64,000 nt of DNA. Source: Cercozoa sp. M6MM (taxonomy: Eukaryota; Protista; Endomyxa: Ascetosporea). Below are positions 24,250 to 36,613 of the stretch, in pieces. The stretch is taken from the NCBI GenBank assembly GCA_040357565.1, contig JBDODJ010000004.1. One strand, given 5' to 3'. The notes under the pieces were generated by a model. It worked only from the letters and a program-made list of their open reading frames with translations. It was not told the origin of the DNA and searched no databases. The first letter of the stretch is position 1, and every line of letters starts with the position of its first letter. The position numbers were made by a program, and so were the translations under genes.

Positions 24250-27200
24250 TCATGTATCGCATATGGCCCGAAACAACGGCGTGTCGTGCAGCCGTGGAAT
24301 TAGGCGCATCCCAGTCGATCCGTACGGACCAGACGGGCCTTGCCTGTCGCGTCGCTGGCGTATCGAAAACGAAGTACTTTGGAACAGGTCTGCTAGCGAC
24401 GAGTGCTCAACTCTCCTCGAGTTCGAGGGCACACTCACGTGCCTTGAGCATCGATCGAGCCACCTGTAGTAGCAGTCACACATGTACAAGTATGCGACTT
24501 GCCTCAGCGAGCAAAGATAACAGGATACGAGTGTGAGTGCGCCAATACGAATGGCCTGGGCTCGGTTGCTCGGACGCCAGAAGTCGTTGCGCTCGTGCAC
24601 GGCAATAAAGCCAGCGGTGCACATCTAGATACACAACCCAACACATCACTAAAGCGCCTCAAGACACACTCCCAGTTAGAGTGAAGTCACATCGCAAGCA
24701 CGGCGTCGTTGTTCGGTGAGAAAGCCGTCGTCCAAGGTCGGCAGCTTGAGTGATGCGCACGTCGAGCAACTCGATCTCTACTTGTGTGTATAAGTATATA
24801 TAGTTACGCATATATCAGACTACAAGTATGTAAGGAAATATTGCAGCAGGGGCTACCAGGCAGAACTTGCAGGTGTGGCGACGCAGCTTCCAGCCAAAGG
24901 CACGGCCGCACAGTTCGCACTCTGCGGCCGGCGACGAGGCCACTCCAGCCGGTCGCGGTCGGTGCAGCAGCGTCGTCAGTCGCTCCGGCGACAGCGAGAC
25001 CGCCGACGCGGCGGCCACCACGCGTTCCTGCGCCTCGCGCAGCAGTGCCATCGTGGACTACACACACACCTCAGTTTGACCCCTTGTTCAATCAACTCAC
25101 ATGTGGCACTGACTGACCTTGAAGTCGGCACGCTGTGGCGACGTCAGATCCGCAAAGAGTCGCAGCAGCGACAGCAGACGCAACGAGTGTTGCAGAGGAA
25201 AGTCCAACTGCACCAAAGGGACACACTTCCAACACTGGCACCTACACACTCGAGACATATAGCTACTATATACCAAGGCTTCCATTTCGAACGGACGGGC
25301 AATGTCGCTCTTGCCACTCGCCGAGCACAGAGTGCTCTCACCGGAACCTGTGTACATCGTTAATAGATACCCGAATATGTACATCTGTACACACAAGCAC
25401 ACACACACATATATATATATATGTATATTATGTATGTATGTATGTATGTATGTATGTATGTATGTATGTATGTATNNNNNNNNNNTATGTATGTATGTAT
25501 GTATGTATGTATGTATGTATGTATGTATGTATAGACACAATGATACCCACAAGCTCAGGTGTGTTGTTAAACTGGAGCAGCAGTCTAACAGAGAGGACAC
25601 ATTGCAACATGCAGAATGGCAGTGCAGCAGGTACGGAGGTGCCGACGTGCAGAAGGAACCGTCGGACGGCACGAACGAACGCCATTGCGACAGGACTTTA
25701 CGCAGTCGCTTGTGCTTATCGTCACTACATAAGGCAGATACGGGGGTAAGGGGTAAAGGTGTAAAGGGGTAAAGGCGTGGAAGAAAGGAGTGATGTACGC
25801 CGCGAGTTCGTCGAGAGCACGCAGCGTCTGTGAGACAGCCACGGCGTCGACGCAGAGGTCACGCACCGCACCAAACACGGCGCGTACCTGAAGTGGTAAG
25901 AAAGGGTAACGGGTAAAGATGGTAGGTAAGGGTGGTAGGTAAGGATGGTAGGTAAGGGTGGTAAGGGTGGTATGGATGGTAGGTAAGGGTGGAAGGGCGG
26001 NNNNNNNNNNTGGTAGGTAAGGGTGGAAGGGTGGTAGGTAAGGGTGGAAGGGTGGTAGGTAAGGCTGGCTACAGGAGCAACGAGACGCGTCGATTCGGAC
26101 CCGTCGGCCCACGCATCGCCGGACGTGTCACGTCGCAACACTTGCTGCAGCGCCCGCGACAAGTCCTCTCTGCAACAGGAGGCATACGGGGGGAGGATAT
26201 ATGGGTATGAGTAAAGTAAAGAGGTCAAGGGGTAAAGTACGAAGCAGTGCGAATGGCAGCACAGTGCGCATCGAGCGGCGACACGTCGACCGGCAACTCG
26301 TAGTCGGACGACTCCTGCACCAGAGGAATATGGTGCCCAATGATAGCCATCCACAGGGGAGTCACAGACGGTGTACATGTGACAGGGCAGCTTGCAGTTG
26401 CGGGATCAACTCGCGTTGGATGGCACCCAATGCAGCACTGCACAGGTCAGAACGGGGACGGTGCAGCACTCACTCCACATGATTGGGTGACCACGTGCGA
26501 TACCTGAGTTCACCGTCGAGTCGCAGCGCACGTCGCAGCGCGTGGTACCTCAGTGAGTCTCGAATCTGTGCCACGTGTACATCCTCCAGTGAGACACCGT
26601 CACTCAGACTGAGTCACAAAGTACCGACGGTGCCATGGCACGCATCTTGGCCTGCAGCATCTCCTTCTCGCCGTCCACCGAGTCCGGGTCTGTCTCGGGT
26701 GCCACCGTGGCTACATAGACACGTGCCAGCCAGTCAGTCAGTCAGGGTCACATGGACGTGTCACGTGTGGCTACACTGGGTCAATACCAGAGCGTGCACG
26801 ACCGCCCACGGGCACCTGCATACCGCCCATACTGCTGGACGTGCTGGCACGCGAGGCTGCACACACATGCACATGTACACACACGTACACACCTGTAGAC
26901 ATGTACACACACGTGCACTGAATGCACAACACAGGCAGGCTACAGTAGCTACGAGGCACGAGTGTGCGCATACACACGGCTGGTGACTTGGTCAGTCTCC
27001 TAGAGTACAATTATCACAGTTTTGGGACAGGACAGGGTGTACAAAGGGGCAAGGGCAAAGGGCAAGGGCAAGGGCAAAGGGGCAAGGGCAAAGGGGCAAG
27101 GGCAAAGGGGCAAAGGGTGGGGGGGGGGGGGTAATGCTACAGCAGCAAGGCGCGGTGCTGCTCGAGAATGCGCACGAAGCGATCGCGTTCCTCCTGCGAC

Positions 27201-28302
27201 GGCGCGCGGAACTGGTACACTCGCAGTCGCTTATTCTACGGACACAAAGCCACGTGTCAGTGGGACCGTGTCAGTGGGACAGTGGGACACGTGTCAGTGG
27301 GACACGCGCCAAGTGGTACCTTTCCGTCACGTGCCTCGACTTGGAACTGATCGGCGCGTGTCGCATCGGGCGTAATACTCTGCGTGACCTCCAGAGGTAC
27401 GGCCCAGACATTGGCGTCGATCTGGACGGTATACATGGACGGTACAAATGAACACGGCAAAGATGTACACGGGCATGTGCTACCAGAGTTTGCGGCTCGG
27501 CCTGTGCATCGTGCGGGTCCTTGGAGTAGAACAAGTTGAACTGACACACTGACACGTAGCGCTGCTGCCAGCCCTTTAGTCTGCGCAACAAGGAGTAAGG
27601 GATAACGAATAAAGTGGCAAAGGGAGCTAAAGGGGAGGTGAAGGGGTAAAGGGAGGTGAAGGGGTACAGGGAAGGTGAAGGGGTAAAGGGGAGGTGGGGT
27701 AAAGGGGAGGTGAAGGACGTGAAGCAGGTATGGTGAACCTCGCAGGCGACTTCTTCTGCAGCCAAGTGCCGTAGTGCGGCAGCTGCGCCGCCTCCTGCAA
27801 CAGGCAGGCCGCAAAGTCGATTTCGTGCTCGTCCACGTCTCCTGTGCCAGTACAGAATACCGCAAGACACCTCACCCAGGTCGTGTGGATACCGGAGCCG
27901 GCGCTGCCGATAGCCTCGCCACGAGCGACCTATGCAAGAGGAACAGTACACACGGTGTACGTACAAACAGCAGAGAATACAGGGTCCAGTGCAGGCACGA
28001 CGGCATGTGGCTACACACTCATCGAGATTCGAGGCAAAGGCAGCAAGATATTCTACCAGATCTGCGTCGTAGTTCTCGGCATTGTTGAGCGACACCACTT
28101 GCGGCAGTTGCTCCTCTGTGCACACATGTCCCAGCACATTTACACACACATACATACACGCAGGAAATAGCTACGGTCCTGCGACTTGACCAGCTGCTGC
28201 CACAGCTGCGACGACGCACGTAGCACGTGCACGTCCATGGCGCACCAGGCTGCTGTGTCACGACGATGGTCGCGCACACTGCGCTGCCAGTCGTATGTGC
28301 TC

Positions 28303-28305
<3 letters not shown>
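24250..28305 (-). CDS. PH-domain + FYVE-like zinc-finger protein with helical regions; 5' end lost in the assembly gap
   Basis: PH: GTWLQKKSPARFLKGWQQRYVSVCQFNLFYSK...VYQFRAPSQEERDRFVRIL (27140-27770); FYVE-like: CELCGRAFGWKLRRHTCK...CSTC...RACD (24690-24925). Confidence 0.7.
25912..26064. repeat. G-rich intronic minisatellite (GGTAGGTAAGGGT/GGAAGGGT units) with a 10-N gap
   Basis: Directly visible; C-rich on the gene's sense strand. Confidence 0.9.
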
Positions 28306-28358
<53 letters not shown>

Positions 28359-28497
28359 NNNNNNNNNNNNNNNNNNNNNNNNNNNNNNNNNNNNNNNNNN
28401 NNNNNNNNNNNNNNNNNNNNNNNNNNNNNNNNNNNNNNNNNNNNNNNNNNNNNNNNNNCCCCCCCCCCACTCCACCCCTTACCTCCCCCTGATACAG

Positions 28498-31333
28498 GTC
28501 AAGAAGGACAAGAGCGCCGAGCAGAAGGCGGCCGCTGAGCGCAAGAAGAAGGTGTCTTGTTTGTGTGGTAGGTGAGGTACCTCCAATTGTAGATTGTTTG
28601 GCAGGAGCGTGAGGAGAAACGCCGTCTGCGCGCTGCCGAGCGCAAGAAGCAGCTCGAGGCCAAGGAGAAGGCCAAGGAGGCCGCCGAGGCTGCCAAGGTG
28701 CCTCATCACCCTCATGTTCACACCCACGTTTACACCCACACTTCTCAAACACCTATTCTTTCCCGCAGAAGAAGGCCGGTCTGTCGCCTAAGGCGATTCG
28801 CGAGAAGCTCGCGACGATCGTGCGACAGCGCGGTCTGACGGGCAAGGCCGACGTTACCACTGTACCCCTACCCCTATGCATGGGCTCATGTGAGACGTGT
28901 ACGTGTTGGGCAGGTGGTCAAGGAGCTTGAGCGACTGAGCAAGCACGTGCCGACGGAGGAGCCGGTGCTGCTGACGCGCGTGCAGCTGGCGCTGGTGGGT
29001 GCCATCCTGGACATCTCGAGCAACCGCACGACGGCGCTGCCGACCAAGCTGTGGACGCGCGCCTACGCGCTGCTGGTTAAGGTGGTGAACTTCCTGCGCG
29101 ACAACATCGGTACCGTGCAGCTCGTCGAGGCCAACGAGGCCATCAGCGACCTCACGGCCGAGGAGCAGGAGGCCGCCGGCGTCGCCGAGCGCAAGGAACT
29201 CGCTTCGGTCATCGAAGGTGTCCCGGCCATCAAGCCGGCCGAGAAGGAGGTACTTCATGCTCCCTATCCTCCCTGAATAAGCTTATCATCCACTCACCCT
29301 GTGACAGAAGGAGGACGAAGAGGAGGCCCCGGTGAACGAGACGCGCATCGCAGGCAACCTGCTGGGCTACGTGCTGTTGCTCAAGCAGGAGTGGTACCGC
29401 TCGCTGCAGCTCATGTCGGCGCACTCGGCTGCCGACTACGAGGAGCGACAGGCCGACGACGAGAAGGTCGTGGCTCTCTGCGAGCTGGCGCGCGCCTACT
29501 ACCAGGAGGTGCACGGCACCACGCCTCCTGAGGGTGACAAGCCGCTGGTGCGTTCCTTACCCTGCCACCCACTCACCGCTTTTACCCCTTGTATGTGTGT
29601 GGCAGGACACGCTGCAGCAGCAAGCGCGTCTGGCCAGCGAGATCCTCTCGTTCGCGTGCGTGCACTTCGACGCCGACGTGGCCAAGCGCGTCGTCGAGCA
29701 TCGCGCTCTCGCCGCGGCGCACCCTACGCGCCCCAAGCCGCTCCTCGTGCTCGGTGGCGAGGACAAGGATGGGTGCCCCTCCCTCCAGCTTGCCCTATGT
29801 CTATCTGTGACCTCCAACAATGACGTGTTGTAGCGACGTGCCGGCCGCGCAGGCGCGTGTGAACCGTCTGGTGCGCTTCGTGCTGCAGAACGGCAGCGAG
29901 TCGCTCAAGCTGCGTGCGGTGCTGTGCCGCGTTTACTACGACGCGCTGCACGGCGACTTCTTTGCTGCGCGTGACCTCATGGTACCACGCACCCTCTTTT
30001 GCCCTCTACACTTTTACCCCCCCCCCATGTAGCTCATGAGCAAGGCGCCGTACAAGGTCGAGTCCACCGACGCCAACACGCAGATCCTGTTCAACCGCGC
30101 GCAGGCGCAGCTCGGCCTTGCTGCCTTCCGTATCGGCCGTCTGGGTATACCCCTCCCCCCGGTAGTTGTTGTATTCTATGTAAACCCGTGGCGTATAGGC
30201 GACGCGCTCAAGATCCTGGGTGAGCTATTTGGCGAGAGCGAGTTGAGCAAGTACCAGGCGCGCAACAAGCAGCAGATGAACCCGATGGCACGTGCGCGCA
30301 AGCTGCTGGGCCAAGGTATCCAGGTCAGCCGACACTGGGAGGACCGCGACCTGAAGCGCGAGCGTCAGGAGCGTCTGCGTGTGCTTCCGGTGCATATGCA
30401 CCTCAACGTTGACATGCTAGAGTGTGCGCACCTGCTGGCGGCGCTGGTGCTCGACGTGCCCGAGAAGGCGCACGCCGACGCAGCTCTGGACGACAAGCTG
30501 CAGCGACAGAGCTGCCGCAGTCAGGTGTTCCGCAAGCACATGGAGCGCTTCGAAAGCCAGGTGTTCCGTGGACCGCCCGACTCTGCGCGCGCCCAGGTCT
30601 TCACGGCTGCTCTGGCCATGCGCGATGGCGACCTGCCCGAGTGTAGCTTTACCCTTCTACTTACTCCTATCCCCTCCCCCTGATATGGACCTGTCCTGTT
30701 GTAGGTCTCGAGATGCTGCGCACGCTCTCGCTGTGGCAGCAGCTGGCCGACACGTACTTGGTGGCGTCGGACGAGCTGGAGAAGGAGCTGCTTATGCGCG
30801 TGCGTGAGTCGGCCCTGGCCACGTACCTGTACGCGTACGGTGCGCAGTACAAGAGTCTCGGCACGGCGCTGCTGTGCGAGATGTTCGAGCTCTCGGAGCA
30901 GGTGCTGCGGCGTGTCGTGACGCGACTCATTGCCGAACGCAAGCTGCAGGGTCGTTGGGATGCGCCCACCGGCACCGTCGTCATGCGTGCCGCCCGTGCC
31001 AACCGACTGCAGGTATCATGTCTTTCCTCCCTCCGTGTTGTTCCTCGTCTATCTCCTGTGCACTCGCAACAGCATGCCGCTCTGCTCTTTGCCGACCGAC
31101 TGCACCAGCTGCATGAACAGAACGAGCGCGTGCTGAACCCGGGCTACGAGCACACGCAGTCGCACGGCGGCAAGCGCTACGGCGGCGCTCGCGATGTACA
31201 TGCCCTCTGCTATATATATATATATACAATATATTTTGTGTATTATATTAATATTGATCTCTTTGTCGGATAGAACCAGCGCTATGAGCGTCGCACTGGC
31301 GGTCGTCAGTCGCGTCAGCAGCGCAGGCACTAA
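28498..31333 (+). CDS. EIF3C: Eukaryotic translation initiation factor 3 subunit C; N-terminus lost in the assembly gap
   Basis: QILFNRAQAQLGLAAFR, RVLPVHMHLNVDMLECAHLLAALVLDVP, FRGPPDSARAQV, PCI domain VRESALATYLYAYGAQYKSL...LQGRWDAPTGTVVM; TAA at 31331-31333. Confidence 0.92.
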
Positions 31334-31425
31334 GCATGAAAATTCCGCTATGTGCGAGCGGTGATGGCCACTTTTTAGCCCTCGAGTTTCGTATATTTAC
31401 ACTTTGCTTTCAATGGCGTGATCAG

Positions 31426-31590
31426 TGTTACAGTATAAACAACTGTATCCGCGCGGAAAAACTAGAGGACAGGTAGAAGCGAAGACCACTCAGTTCTGAC
31501 GACAACTTTGGCCCAACTGAATTGTGGAGGTAATCGAATTTACTCAAACTCACACTTGGCTCCCTCCAAGAACAGACTTTCTGGCAAAGT
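31426..31590. repeat. Dispersed repeat family, copy D (starts TGTTACAG)
   Basis: TGTTACAG..ACTGTATCCGCGCGGAA head shared with copies A and B; TCAAACT.ACACTTGG..CTCCCTCCAAGAACAGACTTTCT shared with copy A. Confidence 0.75.
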
Positions 31591-31819
31591 GTCCTGTCCA
31601 TGGCCAATTGACTTTTCCTTATGCATGTACGGTTTCAGACCGACTAAACGTAACTTCGAGTTCCTTTAGTTCAGTTAATGTGACAAGTTGCCGTGTGTAG
31701 TCTCAGTCAAGTTGCGCCGCTCAAATACCTTAACTTGACTGAGTGGTACAATCGTACTAACAGTTGTGCAATCACCTTAAAAATGAACGCTGGGCGCAGG
31801 TAACCCATAAAGTACTTCA

Positions 31820-33280
31820 TTCATGCCGATTTAGGGAGGTGCAAGTCCCCGCGTGCGATGCGACGTTTCTGTCGCTGCAGCGGAATGCGATCCGTGCGCA
31901 TCAGCAAATCCCACAGGCCGATTCCGTCTGCAATGTTTGTGTAAAAATAATATCTGCCAAGTCACAATGTGACGTGTATGGGGGGGGGGGGGGAAAAACT
32001 TACAGAAAACATTTCCATAGGCGTGGTGAGCTGGGTACATCAGGCATTCATTGATCGATCAATCATGTAACGTGCACATCCTCTACCTTCGTGACTCAGA
32101 GGAGTGGGCAGTATCGGAAACACGAATCCCGAGTGTGTCTAAATGGAGCGGCATCGATCGAGAATGCATGTGAATTGAGAAATAAAGGTACATGCGCGGC
32201 GTTGATGGAAGCCAAAGTGGCTATCCACACGTGACAAAGCATCGGCATGTTCATGTAAGTTGCATGCAAAACAAGACTGATGGCGGCTGCTGGCAGACTT
32301 TGTGTCTGGACATGTTGATGGCATACACCTCTTTCTGGATTGTCCAGATATTGACTCACCAAGATGTAGTCGGGAGCAGTCATGTAGGCACCTGACAGTG
32401 CCGTGCTCGCAAAGGTACGGTGATGCAGTGCATGAACGCGTTTGTACAGCAGCGGGTGGTGCATCAGTCGGTGCATCCAGTAGAAACTGCCACAGATACA
32501 AAGTATATATATATATATATATATTTATGTAGTTAATACATACATAGACAGATATGTATACGCAAGCGCTTAGATATCACGTTTAGGTATACACATATTG
32601 ATACCATACGCTAAGTGACACTTGTACCCAGTGTCAAAGACGGTCAATGCACCCAAGGTGATAAATAGGCAGTGCACCACGTGCCACATGTCGCGCCCAA
32701 GATCATATTGCAATGACACTCCTTTCCACACCGCTTCTGTCTCAAACCACAATACAACATTTTCGTAAACCACAATAAATGTATTTAGTTGCAGTACGCC
32801 CATCAAACAGATGATAGAAGACGACATAGAGAGTCAAGCAGTGCCAGAGCACGTGGTTTAGCACGACCGTGGGCCACATATCTGCCAACAAAAGCATAGA
32901 ACGCCTTATTTAGAGTGTTCCTGCAAAGAACTACCACGCCAAGACACTGCGTTTGACCGAAAGTCGCGCTTGTGCACCTTCTTGGAAGGGAAACAGTTGT
33001 CTAAATTTACATTCGCACGTTTCCGACAGGCATAATTTATCATTAGACGCTTGCTCGATAAGAACACGATGAAACATACAGTGGTCCAACAGATGATAGA
33101 TGCAACTGGAAATCGTGAATCCAACAGAAAACAGCAACGACGGGAAGCTGCAACAGCATGTGAGTTTCATTTGTGCTGTGCAGTCGGAGAAGCTCACCAA
33201 ATCCTTCCAAAGTCAGGGCCGAATACTGCACAGCATTGCTGTTCCAACCAGTACAGCGCAGACAACACCGGCGACCTGCC
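31820..33280 (-). CDS. Hypothetical His-rich multi-pass membrane protein (possibly CREST superfamily)
   Basis: Hydrophobic exon translations FSVGFTISSCIYHLLDH, VVLNHVLWHCLTLYVVFYHLFD, DMWHVVHCLFITLGAL, MLCHVWIATLA; gene ends and some exon frames uncertain. Confidence 0.4.
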
Positions 33281-34110
33281 ACAATGCCAATTTCAACACG
33301 CTTAAAAAGGAACCTTTTCGGTCGAAAGTAGATTTACTTTGGCAGCAGGAGAAACAAAGTCAAGCTGTATGTGGTGTACTCGACCGCAGTTTGTCGCACC
33401 AATTTCCACAACTCAGCCGCGCGCATGTGAAGTTAGCTTTCTGCCAAGCTTCAACTGACAATTGGTAAAGACTTGGGGAGGATTTAAATTTCCAAAAAAC
33501 GCACGTGGCAGTTCCGTTTTCAATCGCAATCCCGTTTTTCGTCAAAAGTCGACCAAACTCGACTTTGGGTGCTTAAAGTGCGCAAGTTTGTCCCAAATCA
33601 AGCCACACTTCAGACTGCAGTGCCAAAACTCGGCAAATCGCAGGGGTTTTGGCCAAGTGTAAAAAAACTGGAAACTGGCAACAGCACGTTTTGTACGTGG
33701 CAATGATGTGTGTGTGTCATGGCTCTGCCCCGTGTACGACGGGTCATGTAGCCCCATGGATTTTTACTGACAAAGAGTACAGTTCAGCGGGACCGCAAGT
33801 TGATTTTTTTCTTTCTTTTCACCCGGTCGTTTGGGCAGTTTTCAGTTGCATTGCGGTGGGCTCAGTGCTAGCCCTTATCCTGCATGGCGCTAGCTAACTT
33901 CCTAGCTCCTTCCGCTACGTCAGTCTGCAGCGAAATAACTCGAATGTCTACTAGTCTAGTTTCGATGCTAATTTACCTACAGTAGCTAGCGTAAAACACC
34001 CCAAGACCGGTACGGTGAGTCAGGGTTTCCGAGTAGACTGTCCAGACTGGCACGACCGGCGAAAGTGCACTGCGTCATGAAGCGAAGACGTCCAACAAAC
34101 ATGGCTGGAC

Positions 34111-34539
34111 TCACTTTTCTTGCTTCCGAGCAGCCTCCTTCTGCAGCACACAAAGTCACAAGGAATAATCACAGGAACAGACACACAAAGCAATTGAAAA
34201 GCAAGACTCGCGTCTACCCTGCGAGCAACCTTGCGCTTGAGGCCAGCATTGGGGTCTGCAGCAACGATGCAAATACACACATAGGTGTGTAGCAATCGGT
34301 CCCAGTGTACCCAGCACAGAGATATCGACGCCCTTCCAGCCCTTGCGCGAGTAGGCGAGCGTCTTGTGCTTCTTCTTGTGCGACGAGGTGTCGCGCACGC
34401 GCGGCGCGATGAGCATACGGCGCTGCCACGAATTCAGCGTGTCGACTAGCAGCGAGCCGTCGGTCGAGATGGTGCGCGCGTTGAAGGTCTGCTCTTCCGG
34501 CAGCTGCACGGCCGGCCGACTGGGCTCGTAGCTAACGCA

Positions 34540-34622
<83 letters not shown>

Positions 34623-36469
34623 CAACAACAAATACTACTACATGTACATCGAGCCACAGTGAGGTAGAATCACAAACATACTCATGTCGACCAAGCTTCT
34701 TGACGGCCGTCTTGTCGCGCTCCTCGCGCAGCTGGCGCAACTGCTCACGCTCGGCCTCTTGTTGTTTTGCCTCCTCTGTTTTGGGTCAAGAGGTAAGAAG
34801 TAAGAGAGTAGGGGATGGGGGAGGGGGTAAGTAAGAGCGTACCGCGTGCACGTCGCTTAGCTCCGTGAATGTCGTGCTGTGCATGCCGCAGTGCCTTCTC
34901 AGCGCGCCGCCGTTCTACCTCGCGCAGGTGCTCGCGGTGTCGCTTCTCCTTGTTACGTTCCTGGCGCGTCTTGCGGAGACTACATGTACACATGTACAGG
35001 TGTATACGCGGACGGTACAATTGGACAAATGTACCCGTCGAGACGCGGCGCAGTCATGGGGTCGTCGACGTCCTCGTCGCTCGAGTAGTCGTCGTCCGAG
35101 TCGGCCGTGAAGGCACGCAGTCGTGCCGCCAGCTTGGCCTGCTCGAGCTCCTGCAGACGCTGCTTGAGGCGCTGCTCCTCCTGGCCACGCTCGAGTTCGA
35201 CGCGCCCGGCGGCAGCGAGAGCCTCGCTGTGGTCCTCCTCGGTCGGGTTGTAGGATGCGCCGGCCGACGGCACCACGAGACGCCCGCTGCGCGACTTGGC
35301 CGGTGCATCGTGTACCCGGTGCACGCGCTGCCGCAGCGGGTTTTCCAACTCGAACTGTAGACGACCCTGGCCGCTCACAACGAGCTTCTGCGGCTCTGCC
35401 GGCGCCTCACCGGTGCTGCACTTCTTTATAGAAACAGACAAAACACCAGACACGCAAATGAGGTACCTGCCCCAGATGTCCATACTCTGCAACTCCTCAT
35501 CAGCCATGGCACCCATGTCTTCCACCTCCTGCATAAGACACAAGTACTCAACCACAGAGACACCAAGTGGAAAAGCAAGGTTACAGCCAAAGCGGCATCC
35601 TCTTTGGCCTTGAAACTCGTTCGGCTTCCGCGTTGCTGTGTGAGTCGCGGCGGACGCACCTCCTCGCGGTTGAGCACCTGTTGGCAGTGCGGGATATACA
35701 GACATACAGGGATAGGGTAACACCAAGACAAAGGAACGAGGCCAAGGTAGTACCTGACCCAGCGTGCTAGACTTGTCGGCCAGCACCTTGCGCGACTTGC
35801 GGTAGCGCTGGAGACGCCGCTGCTGGCGCTGGCGCTCCTCGCGGCCGATGCGCGGTTTGGCGGCCACCTGCGCCTCGGCGCGCTTGCGCATCAGCTCAAC
35901 GCCACGTGCCTGACACAAAGAGATAATACAGGACATACACAGGGCATACACAGGACAGAACGGTAGCACGCCAACCCTACACAAGAAACACACCTCCTCC
36001 TCGGCAGCACGACGCAATTCGGCTCTCCAATGCGGCTCATTCTCACTCTCACCTGCGCATGATATTTCCAGTTCTGCACGCCTCTGTATCCTTAAAGAAA
36101 ACACGTACCGGTCAAAGCGATACGAGTGACCATAGCGACAGTGTCCTATAAGAACCAATGAAGAGAGTGCGTTCGCAAGGGGCAGAGAGAGCAAGGAAGC
36201 ACCTGTGAAGTGCCAGCGCGCAGTGCCTGCCAGTGAGCCAGCGTCTTCTTCGAAGCCTTTTGAATCGTGCCCGTCGTGTCGAGGGTGAACAGCTCCTCGT
36301 CCGACTTCTCGGTCAGCGCCTGCGTACCAACAACGTTTTCGCGTCAACCACCAAAAGCATTGTTGATCAAACGGGAACAAAACGAACTCACCGCCTGCTC
36401 CAGAATGGTGTGCGAGTCGACCTTGGTCGACGTACGCCATCTCTGCTTCCGTGTGCGCGACTTACCCAT
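34111..36469 (-). CDS. NOP53: Ribosome biogenesis protein Nop53/GLTSCR2
   Basis: MGKSRTRKQRWR N-terminus, VPSAGASYNPTEEDHSEAL, KKLGRH.YE...VQLPEEQ...DGSLLVDTLNSWQRRMLIAPR; TGA at 34111-34113. Confidence 0.88.
34538..34618. repeat. (CA)n microsatellite, reading (TG)n just before a NOP53 acceptor
   Basis: Directly visible. Confidence 0.95.
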
Positions 36470-36613
36470 ATTAAAGTTTGCACGCCACTGCTACCGTTCG
36501 CAGGTCTCTGGAGTCATAAGCGATTGTCTTTTATGATTGTGATCTTCAGCGCTCTGAAAAAATGCTCGCTTTGTCGCTCCTTAGTGGGTGCCTGCGTGTA
36601 GTAATACAACTAA

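Noticed and set aside
25740-27720. Interstitial telomeric repeats
   Set aside because: Units are irregular GGGTAA/GGGCAA/GGGGAGGT rather than a regular TTAGGG-type repeat, and their orientation tracks gene strand
33888-33992. Possible MITE bounded by CGCTAGCTA/TAGCTAGCG
   Set aside because: Only a 9-bp low-complexity inverted repeat, with no TSD and no second copy in the window
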